Source: Candidatus Chisholmbacteria bacterium RIFCSPHIGHO2_01_FULL_52_32 (GTDB lineage: Bacteria; Patescibacteriota; Microgenomatia; UBA1400; Chisholmbacteraceae). From it: a stretch of 64,000 nucleotides of DNA. Numbering within the stretch: position 1 is the first letter of the stretch; each line of letters starts with the position of its first letter. A program made the translations under genes and the position numbers. Under the pieces are notes generated by a model. The model saw only the letters and a program-made list of their open reading frames with translations. It was not told where the DNA came from and did no database searches. The DNA lies in the NCBI GenBank assembly GCA_001816585.1, contig MHCJ01000003.1:82100-146099 (forward strand), given 5' to 3'. Below, one piece after another: positions 38,595 through 45,859 of the stretch.

Positions 38595-38690
38595 GGGCGA
38601 GAGTACAAAGTGAAAAGTTTCAGAGAAGAATAAAGAATATCATTCCCAATTTTGAACTTTTAATTTTTAACTTTTACCAAATCTGGGGTT
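38595..38690. repeat. AT-rich palindromic repeat block (AAAGTT/AACTTT family)
   Basis: 'caaagtgaaaagtttcag…ttttgaacttttaatttttaacttttacc'. Confidence 0.45.
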
Positions 38691-38696
38691 GATCAA

Positions 38697-39131
38697 ATGT
38701 CAATCTTTATTGTCGGTCTGACCGTCTTATTTTTGGCGATTTTAGGGAAGAGCGCATTCGGACTGTCCTTGGTTATGCCGCTGACTCTTGCAATAAGTTT
38801 TCAACTTGATGCACGGAAGAGCTTTTTTACCGCTTTTGTCGGCGGGCTTGTCCTCAGTTTGGTCGAGGGTTCTCCCTTGGGACGGGAGAGCCTGGCTTTG
38901 CTTTGTGCGGCTGGTTTCTTGCATGCCTACGGACGGCGGTTTTCCAGCAAGCACTGGTTTTTCTTTGTTGTATTTGCGGTTTTGGGGAGTCTTATCTACC
39001 TTGGGATTGCGGGGAGGCGGATCGGGTTTTGGGTGGTCGCTTCGGAGGCATTATTGGTTGTGATGTTCTTGTTTGCTGTGCGGGGGATCAGGGAACGCCT
39101 CTTTTCGGATGCCATCACACTTAAAGTATGA
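38697..39131 (+). CDS. mreD: Rod shape-determining protein MreD (putative)
   Basis: 144-aa polytopic membrane protein immediately after mreC. Its stop overlaps the mrdA start (ATGA). Confidence 0.55.
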   Translation: MSIFIVGLTVLFLAILGKSAFGLSLVMPLTLAISFQLDARKSFFTAFVGGLVLSLVEGSPLGRESLALLCAAGFLHAYGRRFSSKHWFFFVVFAVLGSLIYLGIAGRRIGFWVVASEALLVVMFLFAVRGIRERLFSDAITLKV

Positions 39132-40855
39132 AGACTTCTGTTTCCCTCGGACCATTGTTTGCGGATGAATTGCAAGGCAGAACTCTCAAGGAAGCAACGG
39201 AAGTATCTCCTGTCCGGCTTCGGTGGTTGGGGACGGCTCTGGTTATTATTTTCGGAGCCTTTTTTCTTCGTTTGGTTTGGCTCCAAGTTGTCAAAGGACA
39301 GGAGAACCGGATCCTTTCTGAGGAGAATCGGATTCTCGCGCGCCGGATTCCCGCTCCAAGGGGGTTAATTCAGGATAGAAACGGAGAGATTTTGGTGCAG
39401 AACATCCCCGTTTATCGGAAGCGGAACCCTGCATGCCCTCGTCTGAATGGAGAAGCAGCTTCCGAAGACTGCACGGAATTTTTGGGAATTTCCAGAGAGG
39501 AGGCGCTTCAGCTTGAGGTTTCGGGGAGGGGGAGCGAGGTGGTGACCCTGGTCGGTCGTACCTACCCTTTAGGTGCTTCGGTTTCTCATCTTACCGGATA
39601 CGTTGGCGAGGTTACCCGTGAGGAACTCTCCCTTCATTCCGAATACTCCTTGGGAGATTTGATCGGAAAGACGGGTGTTGAGCGGACGTACGATGGACTG
39701 CTTCACGGGAGGGATGGAGCTGAGCTCGTGGAAGTCGATGTTCGGAATCAGGTTGTCCGTGAGGTTTCGCAAAAAAAACCGGTTTCCGGAACGGACCTCG
39801 AACTCACCATTGATCGGAGGCTTCAGCTGAAAGCCTTTGAAGCGATTTCGGATCGGAAAGGGGCACTGGTTGCGCTTGACCCGAGAAACGGAGAGGTACT
39901 GGCTTTGATCTCTTCTCCCAGTTTCGATCCGAATAATGTCGCCATCAGTTTGGATCGCCAGGATGAGCCATTCTTCTTTCGGGCTATCGGAGGGGCTTAC
40001 CCTCCGGGTTCTGTGTTTAAGGTGGTGACGGCGTCCGCAGGTCTTGAGGAAGGCAAGATTGACGCGCAAAGTGAGTTTGAGGATACCGGGGAGATCCGGG
40101 TCGGCCTTTTCCGGTACGGTAACTGGTATTTTGACCAATACGGTCGGAAGGAAGGATTTCTTAATATTGTTCAGGCGATCAAGCGTTCCAACGATATCTT
40201 CTTTTATAAAGTCGGGCAGCTTGTGGGGCCGACGCGACTTTCGGAATGGGCGAAGGTGTACGGATTCGGCAGGCTTTCTGGCATTGATTTACCGGGCGAA
40301 GCGGAAGGATTGGTTCCGTCTCCTTTGTGGAAGGAGCGGGAGCGGGGGGAACGCTGGTTTCTGGGAAACACCTATCATTTTGCCATCGGGCAAGCGGATC
40401 TTGAGACAACGCCCTTGCAGGTGTCGCAAATGACTGCTGTCGTTGCCAGCGGTGGCAGGTTGTGCCGGCCGCATGTGTTGTTTCGGGAAGGATCAGAGGA
40501 GACTTCAGACGACGGGCTTTGTCAAGAGCTCAATATTGCGGATGAGACGATCCGCTTGGTCTCGGAAGGGATGGTTGAGGCCTGCCGACCGGGCGGGACC
40601 GGATTTCCATTCTTCAACTTTGGGGTTACCAAGGATGGGGAGTTTCGGCAGATTGAAGTCGGATGTAAGACGGGCACAGCGGAGTATGGGGATTCGGAGG
40701 GACGTACCCATGCATGGTTTACCGTATTCGCTCCGGCGGAGGCACCGCGGATTGTGGTGACGGTGCTTTTGGAGGGGGCGGGGGAGGGATCGTATCAAGC
40801 GGCTCCGGTGGCGAAGGAGTTCCTTTCGTACTATTTTTCGGAAGTATCCGAATAA
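39128..40855 (+). CDS. mrdA: Penicillin-binding protein 2 (elongasome transpeptidase)
   Basis: N-terminal TM segment and a transpeptidase with 'GSVFK' (SxxK). It follows mreBCD. Confidence 0.85.
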   Translation: MKTSVSLGPLFADELQGRTLKEATEVSPVRLRWLGTALVIIFGAFFLRLVWLQVVKGQENRILSEENRILARRIPAPRGLIQDRNGEILVQNIPVYRKRNPACPRLNGEAASEDCTEFLGISREEALQLEVSGRGSEVVTLVGRTYPLGASVSHLTGYVGEVTREELSLHSEYSLGDLIGKTGVERTYDGLLHGRDGAELVEVDVRNQVVREVSQKKPVSGTDLELTIDRRLQLKAFEAISDRKGALVALDPRNGEVLALISSPSFDPNNVAISLDRQDEPFFFRAIGGAYPPGSVFKVVTASAGLEEGKIDAQSEFEDTGEIRVGLFRYGNWYFDQYGRKEGFLNIVQAIKRSNDIFFYKVGQLVGPTRLSEWAKVYGFGRLSGIDLPGEAEGLVPSPLWKERERGERWFLGNTYHFAIGQADLETTPLQVSQMTAVVASGGRLCRPHVLFREGSEETSDDGLCQELNIADETIRLVSEGMVEACRPGGTGFPFFNFGVTKDGEFRQIEVGCKTGTAEYGDSEGRTHAWFTVFAPAEAPRIVVTVLLEGAGEGSYQAAPVAKEFLSYYFSEVSE

Positions 40856-40856
40856 G

Positions 40857-40900
40857 TACGAAATTCGAAGCACGAAGCACGAAATTCGAAACAAATTCGA
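40857..40900. repeat. CGAAATTCGAA-type palindromic repeats (left flank of four-helix-bundle gene)
   Basis: 'cgaaattcgaagcacgaagcacgaaattcgaaacaaattcgaat'. The right flank at 41274-41335 holds the perfect 16-bp palindrome CGAAATTCGAATTTCG. Confidence 0.5.
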
Positions 40901-41266
40901 ATGACAAAAATTCAAAATTCAAAACGATATGATCTTGAAGAGAGATCCTTTCGCTTCAGTAAGAGGGTTAGAGATTATACGAGAGAGCTTCCTAAAGGAA
41001 TGGCCAATCGGGAGTATATAAGACAACTTCTTCGGTCATCCGCCTCAATAGGGGCGAACTACATAGAAGCAAATGAATCGTTAAGTAAGAAGGATTTCTT
41101 GATGAGAATCAAGATCTGCCGCAAAGAGGCAAAGGAAAGTTGCTACTGGTTGCGGTTAGTAGAGGTTGGAAGTAATCGAGAGTTGGAGCGAGAGCGAGCG
41201 GATCTCACTAAGGAATCTTCAGAGCTAATGATGATCTTTAGTGCAATTATGAGGAAATCTGGATGA
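40901..41266 (+). CDS. Four-helix-bundle protein (23S-rRNA-intervening-sequence-type family)
   Basis: '…LLRSSASIGANYIEANESLSKKDFLMRIKICRKEAKESCYWLRLV…' matches the conserved core of this family (…RSA.SI..NIAEG…KDF…E…Y…L). Confidence 0.6.
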   Translation: MTKIQNSKRYDLEERSFRFSKRVRDYTRELPKGMANREYIRQLLRSSASIGANYIEANESLSKKDFLMRIKICRKEAKESCYWLRLVEVGSNRELERERADLTKESSELMMIFSAIMRKSG

Positions 41267-41340
41267 TGTTTATGTGTTTTGAATTTAGAATTTAGATATT
41301 GTTTCGGATTTCGAAATTCGAATTTCGGATTTTCTGATAT

Positions 41341-42450
41341 ATGGCTGAAATCGATCAGACTGAACGTGCTTACCGAGCGGCGGTGTATGAAGTGGATGGG
41401 ATCGGGCCGGCGAGGATGAAGGTTTTGTTGTCTGCCTTTGGCAGTGCAGAGAAGGTTTGGGGAACGGAAGAGAAGAAATTTCGTGAGATTGGGCTTTCCG
41501 GGGCGATTGTATCGGAGATCCGTAAAAAACGGGCAACAGTAGAACCGAAAAATCATCTTGCGGCTTTAGCAAAGCTTGGGATCCGTGTTTTAGTCATAGA
41601 AGACGAAGAGTACCCGGAACTTCTTAAAAAGATTGATGATTCCCCGCAAGTCTTATTTGTCAGAGGGCACTTTGATGCTTCGGACGCACGGGCAATCGCG
41701 GTGGTGGGAACGCGGAAGCCGACACCCTACGGGAGAGAGGTGACCGAGCGGTTGGTTGAACAATTGGTGGCGCTGGGATTTACCATCGTGTCGGGATTGG
41801 CTCGGGGAATAGACGGGATTGCCCATCGGACCGCTTTGGCAAGCGGAGGGAGGACCATTGGGGTTTTGGCGGGAGGGGTGGATCGGGTTTACCCGCCGGA
41901 GCATGTGGGGCTTGCGGAGGATATCTCAAAGCACGGAGCCGTGGTTTCCGAATTTGCGCCGGGTAAGTTGCCGATACCGGGGAATTTTCCGGCGAGGAAT
42001 CGCGTTATTTCCGGGCTGGCTTTGGGGGTGTTGGTCACGGAGGGGGCGGCAAAATCGGGGAGCAAAATTACCGCTACCTGGGCAGCGGAACAGGGGAGGG
42101 AGGTGTTTGCGGTACCGGGGCCGATAACAAGCCACCTTTCGCAGGCGCCAGCCGACTTGATCAAACTTGGGGCAAAGGTGGTGACGGATGTTTCGGATAT
42201 TTTAGAGGAACTTCGCGTACAGGTCGCACCTGTACGCGCTGGCGAAGTACGGGAGGTTGAAATTCCATTAGAGAATCTCGGTGCAGACGAGCGGAAGGTA
42301 TGGGAGGCGCTTGCGGACGGGAGTTTGCAGGCGGATGATCTTGTGCGAAAAGTTGGAATGGAAACGAGCGCCGTTTCGGCGATCCTCACGATGCTTGAGC
42401 TTCGGGGGTTGGTGAAGCATCTTGGGGGAATGGTTTACTGTAGAAAGTGA
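41341..42450 (+). CDS. dprA: DNA processing protein DprA (Smf)
   Basis: Rossmann-like core '…GRTIGVLAGGVDRVYPPEH…' with a C-terminal wHTH. Confidence 0.85.
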   Translation: MAEIDQTERAYRAAVYEVDGIGPARMKVLLSAFGSAEKVWGTEEKKFREIGLSGAIVSEIRKKRATVEPKNHLAALAKLGIRVLVIEDEEYPELLKKIDDSPQVLFVRGHFDASDARAIAVVGTRKPTPYGREVTERLVEQLVALGFTIVSGLARGIDGIAHRTALASGGRTIGVLAGGVDRVYPPEHVGLAEDISKHGAVVSEFAPGKLPIPGNFPARNRVISGLALGVLVTEGAAKSGSKITATWAAEQGREVFAVPGPITSHLSQAPADLIKLGAKVVTDVSDILEELRVQVAPVRAGEVREVEIPLENLGADERKVWEALADGSLQADDLVRKVGMETSAVSAILTMLELRGLVKHLGGMVYCRK

Positions 42451-42545
42451 AAAGTTCAAAGTTAAAAGTGAAAACTTACCATTCAAATTCAAAACTTGCT
42501 GTCAACTTGTCACTTTCAACTGCAACTTTTAACTTTTCATTTTGA
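42448..42545. repeat. AT-rich palindromic repeat block (AAAGTT/AACTTT family)
   Basis: 'gaaagtgaaaagttcaaagttaaaagtgaaaac…caacttttaacttttcattttgaactttaaac'. Confidence 0.45.
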
Positions 42546-42858
42546 ACTTTAAACTTTTTTCACCCTAAACCCTATTGCCTAGTGCCTATTTTTTGCATTC
42601 TGCAGGAAACCTTAAAGAAAGATTTCTTCCAGAATGCAGGAAATCACGGAATTGAGGGGGACGAGGGGGGGCTTTTGAGGGCCCAAGGTAAGAAGCCTCG
42701 TCGGCTCAAATGGTGCGATTTCCTACACGCATTCTGATTCGGGTGAATCCTGAGACGTAATGCAACGCAAGTGTTGTGTTGTCCAGGACTTTCCCGGATC
42801 GATGCAGTGAATAGCGGAATGAATGATGCTCCTCATGATGGAGGAGGAATGAGTGCGG

Positions 42859-42883
42859 AGGCTGGCGATCGAGCTGCCAGCCT
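42859..42883. repeat. REP-like hairpin AGGCTGGC-n9-GCCAGCCT (copy 1 of 3)
   Basis: Perfect 8-bp stem. Copies at 43210-43234 and 43595-43619 each lie 19-45 nt past the stop of a minus-strand small gene. Confidence 0.5.
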
Positions 42884-42928
42884 GTGTCGGTGTCGATCGG
42901 ATTTGGCTCACGACCGCCATCATGGATT

Positions 42929-43138
42929 CTATTTCTCGATGACTTCGACCTCCTCCTTGGGGTCGAATCGGTCGGCAATGCCATCGCCCAGCCAGAGTGA
43001 ATGACCTTCCTCGTCAGATCCAGGTTTGGTTTTGACATGAAAGGCCTCGTTGAGCTTGATGAAGAGCTCACCACTCTGCCGGCGATAGACGGCGCAAGCC
43101 CGAAGTCTCCCAATTCTTCGCATTCTTCGCTTTCCCAT
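42929..43138 (-). CDS. Small basic protein (hypothetical)
   Basis: The ORF track gives 42929..43258, but its N-terminus runs through the REP-like hairpin. It was trimmed to Met at 43138 ('MGKRRMRRIG…'). Confidence 0.3.
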   Translation of the reverse strand: MGKRRMRRIGRLRACAVYRRQSGELFIKLNEAFHVKTKPGSDEEGHSLWLGDGIADRFDPKEEVEVIEK

Positions 43139-43209
43139 CTGTCGTTTCCTCCTTTTCTTGGACGCAACAGGTTGAACCCGTGGTTCAGTGGATGTTATTA
43201 GAGTGGTAG

Positions 43210-43234
43210 AGGCTGGCGAAAGAGCTGCCAGCCT
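43210..43234. repeat. REP-like hairpin (copy 2)
   Basis: aggctggcgaaagagctgccagcct. Confidence 0.5.
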
Positions 43235-43258
43235 GTAGTGGTTGATCCAGTTGAGCAT

Positions 43259-43534
43259 TCAGATGTCGTTACGGCGCAGCAGGATCCTCTCCGGGATGTG
43301 ATATCTCCAGAGACCCCAGATCACAAGGAGCAGTGGACCTCCAAGCGCAGCGGCGAATGCCCATGTTGGAAGGAAGAACAGGATGGTAAACGCCCAATGG
43401 GTCAGGAGGCTTGTATTCGGGTACTGCAATCTCGTATACAGCGCTATGATCAACGACAACACGAGGAGCGACCCAAGCCAGAGTCCAGCCACCCGAACGA
43501 GAGCCACTATCCATTTCCGTCTTTGCGCAAACAT
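43259..43534 (-). CDS. Small membrane protein (2-3 TM; holin-like?)
   Basis: 91 aa, hydrophobic. Flanked by REP-like hairpins on both sides. Confidence 0.4.
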   Translation of the reverse strand: MFAQRRKWIVALVRVAGLWLGSLLVLSLIIALYTRLQYPNTSLLTHWAFTILFFLPTWAFAAALGGPLLLVIWGLWRYHIPERILLRRNDI

Positions 43535-43594
43535 GTCATTTTCTCCTTCTCGCCAATGGCGAGGCTAAGGTGACGGATCAGTAGATGATGGCGG

Positions 43595-43619
43595 AGGCTG
43601 GCGAAAAGCTTGCCAGCCT
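43595..43619. repeat. REP-like hairpin (copy 3)
   Basis: aggctggcgaaaagcttgccagcct. Confidence 0.5.
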
Positions 43620-43639
43620 TTTCGCTCGGGCCGGAGTGA

Positions 43640-44044
43640 TTAGATGGTGAGCAAGGTGGTAAGGAACCCGAAACCGCCTAAAGCGAAGAACATCACCATG
43701 ATGCAGATTCTGCCGAGCATCATGGAGGCTTCGCGTTCGAGTCCCCTTCGCTTCGTTGCAGCCCTGACTGGACCATCATGTCCAGGCCAGTCCACGATGA
43801 CGTCATCTGCTGTCCCACGCAGCTCTCTGAGCTCTCGGCGCAGGCGATGGTACTCCTTTAATCCTCCGTCTTGCATCACTCGACGCAGCAGCAGACAGCC
43901 AAAGAGCAGGTAGGCTAAGGCAATGGAGATGCTGATGAAGATACGGATCAGAATTGGAATTGTCATTCCCTTCCTCCTCCAACCAATGGCTAGGCTTATC
44001 AGATCGGATCGGTTGGCCTCTAAGGGGGCAGTTCCTTCCGGCAA
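43640..44044 (-). CDS. Small membrane protein (hypothetical)
   Basis: 134-aa ORF with TM segments at both ends. The start may be the internal Met. Confidence 0.4.
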   Translation of the reverse strand: MPEGTAPLEANRSDLISLAIGWRRKGMTIPILIRIFISISIALAYLLFGCLLLRRVMQDGGLKEYHRLRRELRELRGTADDVIVDWPGHDGPVRAATKRRGLEREASMMLGRICIMVMFFALGGFGFLTTLLTI

Positions 44045-44076
44045 AAGTCCTCCGGGATCAGTTGTCGTTGTCGGCG

Positions 44077-44451
44077 TCAGCCGATGGCCAAGAGGGCGGT
44101 TGAGGTCAGGGCGCCGACGGGCGGGCCGATGAAGGCTTCAGCGGTGAAGCCAGCTACAAAGGCCAGTGCGAAACGGAACGGTCGGCTAGCAGGCTTGAAT
44201 TTCGTGGACCAGAGCGCGGCGATGATGACAAGCCCCGCAATGAGCGAAAGGATGACCCGGGCGGCAATCGCCAGGGTTGACCCAAAGTACAGCTCACCGC
44301 CATTTGCGACGACTTCCAGGACTTGCCAGAGCCAGCGACAGCTGTGCCCGATGACGACGAAGAGGTAGGTGATTCCCATCTCTCCGGCTTCGGACATCTC
44401 CTGGTGTCCGTTTTGGACGGCCTGGGCGAAAAACACGATTCGGTTCATGGG
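44077..44451 (-). CDS. Membrane protein (hypothetical)
   Basis: The ORF track 44077..44781 overlaps the upstream gene out of frame. It was trimmed to Met at 44451, just past the upstream stop (44483). Confidence 0.4.
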   Translation of the reverse strand, partial: PMNRIVFFAQAVQNGHQEMSEAGEMGITYLFVVIGHSCRWLWQVLEVVANGGELYFGSTLAIAARVILSLIAGLVIIAALWSTKFKPASRPFRFALAFVAGFTAEAFIGPPVGALTSTALLAIG

Positions 44452-44482
44452 GTTCCTCCTCAGTATGAGCCGGTTTCGACGG

Positions 44483-45568
44483 TCAGGCGTCGATGACGCC
44501 TCGACCCAACAGATCGTCTCGGACGATATACCAGCGTTCTGCCTCGGGACGTTCGAGGAACGGTGTTGACGGTGGTGGTGGAGGTTGGACTTGCCACTGC
44601 GGCCATTCGGTGAATGCCTTCCACCACCCTTCATTGGTGATTCCAGTACCGAAATGCCATCCACCACCTCCGATAAGATTGCGGGTATGGAGCTCTTGGC
44701 CGAAAGCTGCGATGGCTTCAGTGGTTGCTGTTCCACCGTCTCCGGTGTAGAGACGGCCGATCGGGATGATCGGCTTACCACCTGCGATTTCAGACCACTG
44801 GGCGAGTGAGTGGTTGAGCATCCAGAGCATGTTGGCTACATATGAGCCCCACCAGTAGACCATCGGCATGCCGAAGTCGCAGTACTGCATGAACGCGGTG
44901 TACATTGACTTGTCGTGCCAAGTGCCTCCGGTGTTCGGGGAGCGGAAGAGGGGGAAGCAGACGAAGACCGTCGGCATTGTCGGTGCGACCAGTTTGAAGC
45001 TTTTCATATAGGTGTGGGCGTTACCCGCTGGATTGGCTTGGACTTCAAACGGTGCCTTCATCAGGGCTTGTGGGGGGACATCTAGCCCTTCGGCAATCCT
45101 CAGTGAGGCGACTTTGAGCGTCAAGCCTAAGTTCACTTGAGGAGTTACTTCGATAAACCCTACCTTTGTGCCCACTGCGGTGGCGACTGCCTGGGCGGTT
45201 TCGAACTCGATTTCGACGTCGAAAGCGACACCATCGAGTCCGATATTGAGCGCCTCTTTGGCTGCTACCTCGGCTTCCAGTGAGGGATTCTCTCCCAGAA
45301 TGTAGGCATAGCCCCAGACCCGGAGGCCTAGGCTCTGCCAGAGTAGGACGTGCTCTTTCTTGAGATTGATACCCCAAGTCGCAAATCCAGGCGGCGTATA
45401 GACGTACTTGCCGTTGACGAACTTCACGATGAGGGTATCGATTCCAGCGGAGAGGGCGGTTTCACCGATATTTTGGGGATTACCCCCAAGCAGCGCCGGA
45501 ACCTTCCAGATGAAGACGTACTTACCGAAGGGAGACATGGGGTTTACTCCTTTCAAAGTCTCCAACAA
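44483..45568 (-). CDS. Putative TIM-barrel glycoside hydrolase (GH25-muramidase-like pattern), Pro-rich linker and small C-terminal domain
   Basis: '…KYVFIWKVPALLGG…GIDTLIVKFVNGKYVYTPPGFATWGINLKKEHVLLWQSLGLRVWGYAYILG…' loosely parallels GH25 (…IDW…GVDFAIIKATEG…Y.DP.F..N…GL.VGAYHF). Followed by 'QPPPPPSTP'. Low confidence. Confidence 0.4.
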   Translation of the reverse strand: MLETLKGVNPMSPFGKYVFIWKVPALLGGNPQNIGETALSAGIDTLIVKFVNGKYVYTPPGFATWGINLKKEHVLLWQSLGLRVWGYAYILGENPSLEAEVAAKEALNIGLDGVAFDVEIEFETAQAVATAVGTKVGFIEVTPQVNLGLTLKVASLRIAEGLDVPPQALMKAPFEVQANPAGNAHTYMKSFKLVAPTMPTVFVCFPLFRSPNTGGTWHDKSMYTAFMQYCDFGMPMVYWWGSYVANMLWMLNHSLAQWSEIAGGKPIIPIGRLYTGDGGTATTEAIAAFGQELHTRNLIGGGGWHFGTGITNEGWWKAFTEWPQWQVQPPPPPSTPFLERPEAERWYIVRDDLLGRGVIDA

Positions 45569-45859
45569 GTGACGGGTTCCCTGTGTGTCTGTTTTGACAC
45601 TTTATCGCGGCAGGATAGCCGCGTTTGATTCCGCTATTCGGTTGTAAAGGTGCGCTTCGGTCTGCCGAGACGACCTTGCATGAGTGTTCAGGGCGTGCCG
45701 ACAGATCTGGCACGATATTTTTCAAAAAAGGCTTCAGTTGCCTGAAGCGGATGTCGATTATATCACAAATTCTCCCTGCAACTTGGCATTTTTCCGTTTC
45801 TCCGCTTGACATGGGTGGTAGAGTTTGAAAGAGTTTTACAAGCTACAAGCTAACAAGCT

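Noticed and set aside
42859-43619. Three copies of the same hairpin spaced ~350-390 bp apart, considered as a possible CRISPR-like array
   Set aside because: The spacing is gene-sized, the copies are imperfect, and each lies just after a stop codon. It is a REP-like intercistronic hairpin, not CRISPR.
45693-45735. Strong hairpin GCTTCAG-ttgc-CTGAAGC with A/T runs upstream of topA, considered as a terminator
   Set aside because: On either strand there is no upstream gene whose 3' end it would terminate: the neighbouring minus-strand gene starts, not ends, at 45568. It is left unannotated and could be regulatory.
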